DNA from: Phage NC-B
Direction: 5' to 3' (one strand)
Sequence record: MK310183
Length of the DNA stretch: 64,000 bases
Shown here: in pieces, positions 10,106-19,569 of the stretch
How the letters are laid out: each line of letters opens with the position of its first letter
Position numbering within the stretch: position 1 is the stretch's first letter
Program-made: the position numbers and the translations under genes
Notes under the pieces: model-generated
What the model saw: the letters and a program-made list of their open reading frames with translations, nothing else
Databases searched by the model: none
Told to the model about the DNA's origin: nothing

Positions 10106-11158
10106 ATGTCTCTTTTCGGTTCTGCTCCTAAATCTAAGACTACGGTAGCTCCGTCTTCTCAGGTTGATGCTCTTCTGAAACAGATTGTAGCAAATGCTCA
10201 GGCTATGAATCAAAACGATCAAGGTTTTATTGGTCGTAACGTAGCGGGTTTTAATGAAAACCAAACAGCAGCTCTTTCTAATTTAGCAAATTCTAACACA
10301 CTCAACCAACTCAGTCAGATGTACACCCCTAGAACTCAACAAGGGTTGGACCAGATGAATGAGTTGGCTCAGAAATATCAAAACCTAGTTAATAAAGGTG
10401 GTATCACTGCTCAGGATGTTAATAATTTTAGCTCTGGATTGAATAGCTCTGCTTTAGCTAAGTCTACAGGTAAAGCTGCTGCTAATGTATCTCTTGGTAA
10501 TGGTTCTGATTCAGGTTCTCTTAGACGTGCTGCTGCTCAAGGTGCTGCTCTCTCTTCAGCGAATACAAACCTTTCTCGTTCTATTCAAGGTAAAAACATG
10601 GGTGTTAGCAATCTTATGAATAACAACTCCTATCAGCAAGGTTTGCTCAATGCTCAATCGGGTCTAGCAAATCAGAATCTGAATCTAGGAGCTGCTGGGG
10701 TACAAGCTGGTCAACAGGCAATACAGAATCAGCTCACTGCTGGGAATCTTCAACAACAGCAAGATCAACTCCAAGCTAACAACAATTGGGAGAATGCTAT
10801 TGGCAATCAGCAGTATGGTTGGAATCGGCTTAACAACCAGCTTAATGTATTAAACTCAGTAAGCCCAATGGCTGGGTACACCATTACTAACAAAGGTGCT
10901 GCCCCTAATGTTTCACAACAAATCCTTGGTGCTGGGGTTACTGGTCTTGGTATTGCTGGACGTCTAGGTGCTTTTACCCCTAATCAGCAAACTACTAATG
11001 CTTGGAACTCATACAATGCTTCTGGAGGTCAAGCTGGGATGGCTGGTCCTATGATTGGTGGCTCAAACCTGTCTCAACAGAATGGTCAGAGCAACTGGTT
11101 ATCTACCGCAGGAAGTAATATCTTAGGTGGTGTTCTAGGAGCCTTTGGAGCAAATTAA
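10106..11158 (+). CDS. Q/N/G-rich internal virion protein (paralog 1)
   Basis: AAGGAGG RBS; N-terminus MSLFGS..SKTT parallels the next gene. Confidence 0.45.
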   Translation: MSLFGSAPKSKTTVAPSSQVDALLKQIVANAQAMNQNDQGFIGRNVAGFNENQTAALSNLANSNTLNQLSQMYTPRTQQGLDQMNELAQKYQNLVNKGGITAQDVNNFSSGLNSSALAKSTGKAAANVSLGNGSDSGSLRRAAAQGAALSSANTNLSRSIQGKNMGVSNLMNNNSYQQGLLNAQSGLANQNLNLGAAGVQAGQQAIQNQLTAGNLQQQQDQLQANNNWENAIGNQQYGWNRLNNQLNVLNSVSPMAGYTITNKGAAPNVSQQILGAGVTGLGIAGRLGAFTPNQQTTNAWNSYNASGGQAGMAGPMIGGSNLSQQNGQSNWLSTAGSNILGGVLGAFGAN

Positions 11159-11167
11159 GGAGGAGCT

Positions 11168-12136
11168 ATGGCTTTATTTGGTGGTGGGAGTAGCAAGACT
11201 ACTTCTAAAATGACAAGACCTGACTACATTCAATCCTATATTGACCAGTTGGTCAATCAGGTTAATAACACTAGTTCAGGTGATTATGTGTATCGAGAAA
11301 ATGTTGGACTTAATCAAAACCAACAAGAAGCTCTGAACAATCTATCACAATCTGGTGCATTAGGTGCACTTTCTTCTCAATACATGGATGCTGCTCAATC
11401 TGGCTTAGGTTATCTAGATAACGCATACTCTGGATATAACAACCTATCTAACTCTGGTCAAATCACTGGGGAACAGATTGGTGCTCTTGCAGGCCAGCTC
11501 TATGACGATGAGGCTGTGCAAGCAGCTATTGCAGCGAATAATGAACAAACCCAACAGAGTTTGGCTAGGAATGCACTTCCTCAAATCTCTCAGCAGTTTG
11601 CTGGTCAGCAAGGTTCTGGTGCACGTATGGCTAAATCTTTTGCTCAAGGTGATGCTCTGAACCAGATGCAGAACACAGCAACCAATATTACTAATAGTGC
11701 TTATGACTCCGCTCTAACTCAAGCACAGAACATTCTTTCTGGTAATAGACAAACACAAGCATCTGCTTTGGGTGGTTTATCTAACATTGGCTCCAATCTT
11801 GCTAATCTAGGAAACCAAGCTGGTCAGTTATCACAACAGCAAATGATGAATCAGTGGAATGCAGGACTGCAACAGCAGCAACAACAGCAGTCTGATTTGA
11901 ACAATGCTTATGAGAATGCTCAGAATGCCGCTAATTGGGGTTGGCAGGATATTAACAATCAACTAGGTGCTGCCGGGGTTCTTAATGGAGCTTTAGGGAC
12001 AACCACAACTACTAAAACATCTGGTGGTAGTGGAGGCTTCCTAGGTGGTGCTGCTAGCGGTGCTGCTGCTGGCTCAGCTTTTGGCCCTTGGGGTGCTTTA
12101 GCTGGCGGTGTTATCGGTGGCTTAGCTAGCTCTTAA
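11168..12136 (+). CDS. Q/N/G-rich internal virion protein (paralog 2)
   Basis: AGGAG RBS; N-terminus MALFGGGSSKTT and Q/N-rich body paralogous to 10106-11158. Confidence 0.45.
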   Translation: MALFGGGSSKTTSKMTRPDYIQSYIDQLVNQVNNTSSGDYVYRENVGLNQNQQEALNNLSQSGALGALSSQYMDAAQSGLGYLDNAYSGYNNLSNSGQITGEQIGALAGQLYDDEAVQAAIAANNEQTQQSLARNALPQISQQFAGQQGSGARMAKSFAQGDALNQMQNTATNITNSAYDSALTQAQNILSGNRQTQASALGGLSNIGSNLANLGNQAGQLSQQQMMNQWNAGLQQQQQQQSDLNNAYENAQNAANWGWQDINNQLGAAGVLNGALGTTTTTKTSGGSGGFLGGAASGAAAGSAFGPWGALAGGVIGGLASS

Positions 12137-12150
12137 TTAGGAGAATAATT

Positions 12151-13818
12151 ATGCAACAAACTTCTTATGCGTATCTTCGCAGTCAAGACCCAAGAAATCA
12201 GATTTATGGTGTTAAACAAGGGGCCGCTTCGGCCTCTCCATACATGGCAAGACCTGCTTACCCAGCTGCTGATGTTTCAATGTATAGTCAGAGACCTCCT
12301 GCCTCTCCTGTAGGTTTATCCTCTCTTGTTGCTACTGCTCAAGAAGACCAAGAAGCTATGTTAAATCCGGGATTTAGGCAGCGCCTTATGGAAGCAGAGA
12401 ATCAAGGGACTCCTACAAGCCTTCAGGGTATTGATATTGGCGAACCAGCTCCTGCTATGAATAACCCAGATCTATCCTCTGATGAGGGTCTACAAGCTGC
12501 TGGGTTGATGCCTAGTGACCCACTTCCTGTTACTCCTCCTCGTAAACCTCTGGAAGAAACAGATAAAGAGTTCTCTCCAGTTCAGGTGGAACAGGCTCAG
12601 AATGTTATTAACACTTTAGCTAATAGTAATCCAGCTCCTGAAGGTATGGCTGGTGCAACTCGTGCTAAAGACCAAGAACGTATTAATAATGATATTATGG
12701 AAGTAGCTAAAGCTAAAGATCCAGCGCAAGCTTGGAATGAGCTTCAGAAGCAACCGTTCTACCAGAAGTCTAGTTTCTATACTGGCTTAATGGGTGTTGG
12801 TCTTTCTATCATGTCAGGTAAATCTCCTATTGAAGCTTTCCAGATTGGTTCTGGCTTAGCTGCTCAGGATGAAACTAAACAACAACTAGAAGCCAATCGC
12901 GATGCTCTGTTAGAACAAGGCTACTCTCAAGATTCAGTTGCTGCTGCAATTGCTTCGGGAGATCCTTCTCTTCTCAAGATGCGTCAGATGAGTCCTCAGG
13001 AGAAAATGGCTCTTGCTGCTCAGGATGAAGAACGTGCTAATCGTGAGTGGGATAGACGTCAACAGATTCAGGATCAATCAGTTCGTGAACGTGCTGCTGA
13101 GACTCGTCGTGCTGCTGAAGAACGTGCTGATGCACAATTTGCTAAACAGAAAGAGCTTATTGAATATCGTGATAAGGTTAAAGCAGACCGCGCTGAACAA
13201 GCTGCTCAGAGCTTCAACTTCAGTACGAAAGAGCTTCGTAACGTTCAGAATACTGCTGAAGGTTCTGTTGCTAAGCAGTGGGCAGAAAAAGCTGCTCTGT
13301 TTAAACAGTCTCATAAGGACTTGGATTTGGCAGATCAGGCTATTAAAGATAAAGACTACCAATCCGCTCGTACCGCTTACATGCAGGCTATTATGAACTC
13401 CGCAAGGGCAGAAATTGGTGCTAACCGTTCTCTCCAAGCTGATGACTTGGCCCACTTTGCAGAAGACCCATCAATCTTTGTTAAGGTTGGTAACACTTGG
13501 TCCCTTAAAGCAGGCTATCGTCCTTCTGATGCTGCTCTGTCATACGCTCGTAAGCAGGCAACTGTTGGTGCTTCTTCGGCTGACAAAGGTGTTCTGGAGT
13601 CTAAGAAATCAACTATTGATGCTTATGTGGGTTCTGGCATGAATAAGAAACGTGCAACAGCTTTGGTTAACCGTGGTATACCTTCTGGCGGTTTCTATGA
13701 CCCATACAAGACTTTTGATGCAGAAGCTGAAGAATCTGTTGGTGGAGATGCAACCAATCCTCGCTTAACAGGTGCTCTTTCTTCTTCAGCGGCAGATACG
13801 AGTTGGATGTTCCAGTAA
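12151..13818 (+). CDS. Internal virion protein (Pro/Ala-rich N-terminus, charged coiled-coil centre)
   Basis: AGGAGA RBS; 555 aa. Confidence 0.4.
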   Translation: MQQTSYAYLRSQDPRNQIYGVKQGAASASPYMARPAYPAADVSMYSQRPPASPVGLSSLVATAQEDQEAMLNPGFRQRLMEAENQGTPTSLQGIDIGEPAPAMNNPDLSSDEGLQAAGLMPSDPLPVTPPRKPLEETDKEFSPVQVEQAQNVINTLANSNPAPEGMAGATRAKDQERINNDIMEVAKAKDPAQAWNELQKQPFYQKSSFYTGLMGVGLSIMSGKSPIEAFQIGSGLAAQDETKQQLEANRDALLEQGYSQDSVAAAIASGDPSLLKMRQMSPQEKMALAAQDEERANREWDRRQQIQDQSVRERAAETRRAAEERADAQFAKQKELIEYRDKVKADRAEQAAQSFNFSTKELRNVQNTAEGSVAKQWAEKAALFKQSHKDLDLADQAIKDKDYQSARTAYMQAIMNSARAEIGANRSLQADDLAHFAEDPSIFVKVGNTWSLKAGYRPSDAALSYARKQATVGASSADKGVLESKKSTIDAYVGSGMNKKRATALVNRGIPSGGFYDPYKTFDAEAEESVGGDATNPRLTGALSSSAADTSWMFQ

Positions 13819-13843
13819 TCTAAGACCTAAGTCCTATCTCTTA

Positions 13844-13852
13844 TAATGTATA
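13844..13852 (+). promoter_or_regulatory. Candidate phage-sigma promoter element TAATGTATA
   Basis: Motif 36 nt upstream of ATG 13889; same motif recurs upstream of several minus-strand genes. Confidence 0.4.
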
Positions 13853-13888
13853 TAGGAGGTAGGACATTTTTATTTATAAGGAGACGTT

Positions 13889-16800
13889 ATGGCTAATTTA
13901 AAATCGTGGGAAGAAGCTTCCAAAGCTCCTGCGTATCTGAACGCCTCTCCAGAGCAACAGGCTCAAATGAGAGAACAATACAAGGCAGCAGGGGGCACTA
14001 TTCCTGAGACTCAACCACAAGAGCAACCACAACAAGAAGAACGAGGTGCTATTGGGGAGTTTGCTCAAGGTGTGTCTAACGCTCTTCAATCAGGTGGTGC
14101 TAACATTGCAGCTAGTGCTGCTAAAGGTTTAGGTGGGCTGGTAGAGATTGGTGAAAACTTAACTGGTTCAGAAACAAGCTATGGTAAGCGCATTCAAGAG
14201 AACTCTAAGCAATTGCTGGAAGAACGCTTATCCAAGATAGAAGACGGTTTTGGTAAAACAGCTGGTCAGTATGCTGGTGTTGCTGCTGATATTGGTTTGA
14301 CAGTTGCAAACCCTGCTGTTGCTGCTGCTGTTATCGCAGCTCGTGAAACAGGTCGTGCTTATGCTGATCAAACTCCTAAAGAAGATGAAGATAAGTCAGT
14401 CTTAGATGCTGCTCTTGTTGGTGGTGCTAACTACGCTGCTCAGAAGATACTTCCGGGCATGACTGGTACAGCTTCTACTACTCTTGGTCGTGTAGGACAA
14501 AGCGTAGCCTCTAACGCAGTTGCTGGTGCTAAGGGTGGTGCTATTGTTGGTGCTGCTGAAGCTCAGAACAAATATGGGGATGACACTACTCTAGCTAACG
14601 TATTAGAAGGGGCTATTGAAGAGGGTGCACTCGGTGCTGCTTATGGTGGGGCGATTGGTGGGGTTCATGGGTTAATAAGCCGTCCTAGCCCTCAAGTGTT
14701 TGATCGTACTCCTGAGCATGTTAAGACTGACATTGCTGCTGAAGATGAGGCTATTCGTAAAGCTGCTAACGCTGATGAACTTCGTGAAGCCTATGCTAAA
14801 GCTGAGAACGCTAATGCTGCCTCTGCTTTAAACCTTCTGGATGAAAATGGTTTCCGAATCACAGATGCAGTTGCTATGGACTCTCCTGCTGTTCAGCGTA
14901 TTTTAAATACAGACCAAAGCCGCGCTGAGAAGGCTGCTACGGTTCAGAAAGATAGCTCTAATGTTCCCGGTCTTAATCCTCTCGCTTCTCCTAAGAAGAC
15001 TCAAGGTAAAGCTTTTGCTGACAATGAGTACAACCAGAAACAAGCTGTGGCAATGAAAGATGCAATGGCTGACTACACTAAAGATAACACCAAAGCCCTT
15101 ACTGATGTTCTAGACAATCTAGACCGAGAGTTAGTAGCTCTGAGAGCAAGTGGTGATTTTACTGGTAGTACTATTGACATTAAAAACCGTACTCAAGCTG
15201 ATCGTGATTTTATTGATGCTTATAAAACTTTCTACAGCGAAGCTAATCGTTTCAAAGCTCGTGATGGTGAAGATCTAAACAACTTCATTGATAAAGCTAC
15301 TCAGTTGCAGAAGCTATCTGAGAATGTTTCTCCAGAGATGAAGAAGGCCATTGGTGGATTAAAGAAACTGAAAGGTATGCCTGAAGGTTTTAACCCTATT
15401 CAAGATGCTTTCACTCTGAATAATACAGCTAAGTTCATGAGTAACCAAGACCGTGGTTGGACCTCTCTGACTGATGATGGTTTTCGTGAAGCTCCGGCTC
15501 CTGTGCTAGTTAAGAACCCTCTCGGTGCAGCCAAGTATGTGCTTAATCGCTTTACTTCTGACCGTGCTCGTGCTCAACGTGAGAAGCAACAGTCAGCTAA
15601 TAGTGAAGCTATCCGCTCTTTGGCTAGGGCTGATTTAGAAGTACAACGAGCTAGGACTCAGGCTGAAGAAGCAAGAGCAAAAATGGAAGAAGAACCAACC
15701 ACAGAAGACATCAAATTCCGTACTCAAAATGATGCACCTTCCGAACCGGTTCGTGAGGAGCCTTCTGCTACTACTGTGACGGAAGAAATTCCTTCCTCTC
15801 CAGCTCCAACTGAAACACCTCTTACTGCGAGGGATTTAGTTGCTCAAAGACGTGCTATCCAACAAGCAGAGCTTAGACGTCAAGAAGCTGAAGCTGCTCA
15901 GGCTCAAGAAAGTGCTACACCAGAACCTGAACCACAGCAAGAAGCTCTTACAGCTAGAGAATTAGTAGCTCAGCGTAGGGCTGTAGCAGAGGCTAAGAAA
16001 CGTCAAGAGGCAGAGGAAGCAGAACGTGCTAAAGAAGCTCCTGAGGAAGCCGTAGAAGAGCCTAAAGAGAAACCTGAGCCATTACCTGCTCGTGCTCCTA
16101 AAGCTCCTGAGAAGGCTCCTGAGCCTGTTAAACCGTCCCTTGGTGTAGAACGTCTAGCTTCTATGTCAACTGCTGCTCGTCAAGCAACAAAAGACCGTGC
16201 TGATCGATTTGCTCGTTCTTTGTATTCGGCTGCTGCTAAAGCTAAAGCCACTGCGGAAAACTTCCTTTCTTACAAGGGAGATCCTAAAGAGCTTATGCGT
16301 CGTATCCGTCAGGAAGACCAAGCAAACAACACACAGCGTCATGAAGAGATGGCTAGAAACCAACTAGCTTCCCAGCAAGGCATTGCTTCTGCTAAATCTC
16401 AACATGTTCGTGCTTCTTTTGCTGATTGGGTGAAAGAACGTGGGTTGCCTTCTGATATTGCTACTAAGGCTTTACGGGCTGAAGAGAAAGGTTTAGGTGG
16501 GAACGTCACAAGTCTAGATTCACTGAAGCGAAGAGCTGAGCGTTTATATCAGAAACAAAGAGATGATGAGTTTGACCGTCTCTATCGAGAGGCTCTGGAA
16601 GAGAATAAAGCTTTTGATAAGAGAGATGCTCCTAAACTGGTAGACCAGAAGAAAGAGCTTCAGGATGAAATTGGTGCGTTGCTTGATGCTGAACCGTTAC
16701 GTCCTGCTCAGAAAGATGCTATGCGTAGGATTATGGAAGACTTCGTGGAGAGTAAGTTTAAATCTTCAGAGAAAGCTGGAAGGGTTGAGGCTTTGGAAGT

Positions 16801-18334
16801 TGGTCAGATGAAGGATGTGTGGGATGGGTTTATTAATACCTATAACCGAGAAGTTAACATGTTCAACAAGGCTAACAAGAATTCTCAATACGAAGCAGCA
16901 GCTAAACACTTGCAAGCACGTCAAGAACGTCTTGAGACGCTCCGTAACAGAGCTAAGGCTCGCAGTGATGCTAAGGCAGCCATGGAGGCTGAGAAGCAGT
17001 CCTTGGAGGCTATAGCGGCTCAGAAATCAGAGATAGAGAAGATGTTCAAAGAATTGCCTGAAAGTGTCAGAGAGGCTCAGGAAGGGCGTACTTTGAAACA
17101 GCTTGCTGCTCACCATGATAAGAACTCTCCAGTACCACCAGAGCGTTTCCGTAGTATCATTGAACGTATTCACAACGCTGAGAGTGATTACCTCGATCGA
17201 AAACGCCGTTTGACCGAAGCAGAGGAAGATGCTCGTGAAGCTAAGTGGAATAGGATGTATGAACAGGCTGAGGAAATGAACCGTAAGTTTGATATCGATG
17301 CTAGAGTGAAGAGAGATAAAGCTCTAAAGGAAGCTCAAGAACGAGAGAATGACTTAATGGCAGTTCAACGTCAGCGTGATGACATTCATAAGCGTTTAGT
17401 CAATACTCTGGAAGAGAAGGGAGTTTCTAGGGAAGATGCTGAAGCGTATGCTGGGTCTTACATGGATAATCGGTATGCTTTGTTAGAGAAACCAATGACT
17501 CCAGTGGAACATCAGAATGCTCGTGCTCGTATCGAATCTGACGTAGAGAAGTTTGTTAAGAAATACGAAACAGCTACTCCAATCGAAAGAGAGATTGCTA
17601 AGGCAACTGGTGATGCAGATGGGAAGGCTTCTGATCTGGATGCAGAAACAGCAAAAGCTATTGAAGATGCTCGTAAAGTGGATTCTGACTTTAAGAAACT
17701 TTTAGATGAAGAGAAGGAAATGGAGAAGATTCGTTCGGCTCTACCTGAAGATGAAAGATCTCAGGCGAACTCTGATATTCTGGAAAGTATCAAGAAACAG
17801 GAAGATGATTTTGCTAGCAAAGCAGAGAAAGCTTTTATTGAAGGGAAGGACTTGCAGGAGTTAGCGAGTGTTGCAGAAGTTCTAGATAGGGTTCATGGTG
17901 CAGACAAGGCTGGTAACAACCGTCGATTTGTACGTGCTCTACAGACTGCTGCCGAGAACAAGAAACGTTATGGGGATAATCCAGTGGCTTGGTTTAGTGC
18001 TGATGATTATTCTGCTATTGCGAAACTTGGTGCTGCTTCGGCAGGTGGTAACAAATCTCGAGCACTTGAGAAGATCTTTGGTTCTACAGCAGAACAAGCT
18101 AAAGGGAAACTTTTAGGGCGGGATGATGTAGCTAAGATTAGGCGTGTGATTGAAGCGAATCCTAATGTTAAGATTCCTTCTTACAAGACAACTACTAGAC
18201 AAGAGTACATGCAGTTCTTGGAGAAGTATAATGACGAGGGAGAGTTGAAAGTCAAACGTGGTTCTCTGTCTGACAAGTTGGAGAGAGGTAAGCGTCAAGC
18301 CAAACTCCGTGTTAGAGTTCGAGCTAAGGAGTAA
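13889..18334 (+). CDS. Large Ala/Glu/Lys-rich virion protein (internal core/ejection or tape-measure-like)
   Basis: AAGGAG RBS; 1481 aa, helical/charged with internal tandem repeat; last gene of the + strand block. Confidence 0.45.
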   Translation: MANLKSWEEASKAPAYLNASPEQQAQMREQYKAAGGTIPETQPQEQPQQEERGAIGEFAQGVSNALQSGGANIAASAAKGLGGLVEIGENLTGSETSYGKRIQENSKQLLEERLSKIEDGFGKTAGQYAGVAADIGLTVANPAVAAAVIAARETGRAYADQTPKEDEDKSVLDAALVGGANYAAQKILPGMTGTASTTLGRVGQSVASNAVAGAKGGAIVGAAEAQNKYGDDTTLANVLEGAIEEGALGAAYGGAIGGVHGLISRPSPQVFDRTPEHVKTDIAAEDEAIRKAANADELREAYAKAENANAASALNLLDENGFRITDAVAMDSPAVQRILNTDQSRAEKAATVQKDSSNVPGLNPLASPKKTQGKAFADNEYNQKQAVAMKDAMADYTKDNTKALTDVLDNLDRELVALRASGDFTGSTIDIKNRTQADRDFIDAYKTFYSEANRFKARDGEDLNNFIDKATQLQKLSENVSPEMKKAIGGLKKLKGMPEGFNPIQDAFTLNNTAKFMSNQDRGWTSLTDDGFREAPAPVLVKNPLGAAKYVLNRFTSDRARAQREKQQSANSEAIRSLARADLEVQRARTQAEEARAKMEEEPTTEDIKFRTQNDAPSEPVREEPSATTVTEEIPSSPAPTETPLTARDLVAQRRAIQQAELRRQEAEAAQAQESATPEPEPQQEALTARELVAQRRAVAEAKKRQEAEEAERAKEAPEEAVEEPKEKPEPLPARAPKAPEKAPEPVKPSLGVERLASMSTAARQATKDRADRFARSLYSAAAKAKATAENFLSYKGDPKELMRRIRQEDQANNTQRHEEMARNQLASQQGIASAKSQHVRASFADWVKERGLPSDIATKALRAEEKGLGGNVTSLDSLKRRAERLYQKQRDDEFDRLYREALEENKAFDKRDAPKLVDQKKELQDEIGALLDAEPLRPAQKDAMRRIMEDFVESKFKSSEKAGRVEALEVGQMKDVWDGFINTYNREVNMFNKANKNSQYEAAAKHLQARQERLETLRNRAKARSDAKAAMEAEKQSLEAIAAQKSEIEKMFKELPESVREAQEGRTLKQLAAHHDKNSPVPPERFRSIIERIHNAESDYLDRKRRLTEAEEDAREAKWNRMYEQAEEMNRKFDIDARVKRDKALKEAQERENDLMAVQRQRDDIHKRLVNTLEEKGVSREDAEAYAGSYMDNRYALLEKPMTPVEHQNARARIESDVEKFVKKYETATPIEREIAKATGDADGKASDLDAETAKAIEDARKVDSDFKKLLDEEKEMEKIRSALPEDERSQANSDILESIKKQEDDFASKAEKAFIEGKDLQELASVAEVLDRVHGADKAGNNRRFVRALQTAAENKKRYGDNPVAWFSADDYSAIAKLGAASAGGNKSRALEKIFGSTAEQAKGKLLGRDDVAKIRRVIEANPNVKIPSYKTTTRQEYMQFLEKYNDEGELKVKRGSLSDKLERGKRQAKLRVRVRAKE

Positions 18335-18341
18335 ACAAGAA

Positions 18342-18380
18342 AAGCCCCCAACCTGTAAAAAGGAAGGGGGCTTCTTTATT
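18342..18380. terminator. Hairpin terminator between convergent transcription units
   Basis: AAGCCCCC...GGGGGCTT 8-bp stem followed by CTTTATTT; lies between + gene ending 18334 and - gene ending 18440. Confidence 0.5.
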
Positions 18381-18439
18381 TCTAGATGTTAGAATCCATC
18401 AAATTCATCATACATCCCAATTTTCTTCTTCAAAGTCAA

Positions 18440-18706
18440 TCATAAAACCTCCCAATCATCTGCAAATAGATCACCTTGAGATGGAACCCATCCGGGCTGT
18501 ACAATACCTTGAGCATTCTTTAAAACCAGATGAGGGGCAATATAGAACTGACCTACAATATCAGCTTTTTCGTAAAGAGAACCCGGTAGAGCTTCTTCTA
18601 CTTCATAACCACCTGCTTTAAAGACAAACTGGTTTGCACCATTCCAACCAGAGCGAGTGACCTTTTTCCCTTCTTTTACTTTAATAAGCGCTGAACTAAA
18701 ATCCAT
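18440..18706 (-). CDS. DUF2829-family protein (Tad2-like candidate anti-Thoeris sponge)
   Basis: AGGAGA RBS; 88 aa; pattern F..AL...KEGKKV.R.GWNG ... GW.PSQ.DL.A.DWE.L matches DUF2829 as recalled. Confidence 0.5.
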   Translation of the reverse strand: MDFSSALIKVKEGKKVTRSGWNGANQFVFKAGGYEVEEALPGSLYEKADIVGQFYIAPHLVLKNAQGIVQPGWVPSQGDLFADDWEVL

Positions 18707-18714
18707 TTGTTCTC

Positions 18715-19014
18715 CTAGATTAAATCATAATACTTAATAATATCGGAGAGCTTAAACTCTCGAATGTCATTCTTGTCGTTGTCCCAAGCGGTCATTATCC
18801 AACAAGGTTTGCCCCCATTATGATAACGGGAAGAAGCAACTGAGGTTCGTAAAGGAATAACGGAGCGGTCTGCAATTTCACCTCTCCAATTACGATAGCT
18901 AAAACGAAGAGTTTGTGTCGTAGATACTTGATCATTTGTGCTTTCCTTGTTCATGGATTCAAAGACTTCCTTTTCTTCAGGAGTCTCTAGATTTTTTAAA
19001 TTCACGTCTTGCAT
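18715..19014 (-). CDS. Hypothetical protein
   Basis: ATG with AAAGAGGA RBS; 99 aa. Confidence 0.45.
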   Translation of the reverse strand: MQDVNLKNLETPEEKEVFESMNKESTNDQVSTTQTLRFSYRNWRGEIADRSVIPLRTSVASSRYHNGGKPCWIMTAWDNDKNDIREFKLSDIIKYYDLI

Positions 19015-19381
19015 CGTTTTCCTCTTTAGTTTTTATCTTATGGCAAGGCTCTTTGCATAAGACTTGAAAACCATCTTTCTCAACTAAAGCCCTCTCGATG
19101 ATTTCATCCCAAGTAGCTTCATGGTCCACTGGAACAATAGGCTTTATATGGTCTACTGCTACGTCTTTAAGAGGAGAATCATTACCACACATGGCGCACT
19201 TGTAATGCATTGCCAGTTTGCCAGTTTTAGGGTTGATTTTACGTTCTGTCTGAGCCTCTTTGAGAGAATCAAACATAGGTTTCCATTTCCTAGTCAGAGA
19301 ACGAATCCCTGACTTAATGAAGGAGTTATAACGTGCTTCAGTCCACTGACCAGAGCATCTTGTCTTCTCAGCTTTCGCCAT
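18977..19381 (-). CDS. HNH endonuclease
   Basis: Cys pairs flanking VDHIKP...H...H motif typical of HNH nucleases; 134 aa. Confidence 0.5.
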   Translation of the reverse strand: MAKAEKTRCSGQWTEARYNSFIKSGIRSLTRKWKPMFDSLKEAQTERKINPKTGKLAMHYKCAMCGNDSPLKDVAVDHIKPIVPVDHEATWDEIIERALVEKDGFQVLCKEPCHKIKTKEENDARREFKKSRDS

Positions 19382-19559
19382 AACCTACATCCATATCAGC
19401 ATCTTCCCAAATGCGTTTATTGACTCGGTGTGATTCTTTATCAGCACGAGGGATACGACCTGTGCGACGATCAAATGCTTGGTGCTTAATCTTTTGATCT
19501 TTACGAGATTCACGAGTAGAGAAGTTTTCATCATACGAACGATAGTCAAATTTACCCAT
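19368..19559 (-). CDS. Hypothetical small basic protein
   Basis: ATG start; 63 aa, Arg/Lys-rich. Confidence 0.35.
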   Translation of the reverse strand: MGKFDYRSYDENFSTRESRKDQKIKHQAFDRRTGRIPRADKESHRVNKRIWEDADMDVGYGES

Positions 19560-19569
19560 TATAATATCC

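Noticed and set aside
13013-13642. Track ORFs 13013-13396 (+), 13078-13455 (-), 13415-13642 (+)
   Set aside because: Alternative frames or antisense of the 12151-13818 gene; Leu-rich translations typical of off-frame reading of Ala/Glu-rich genes.
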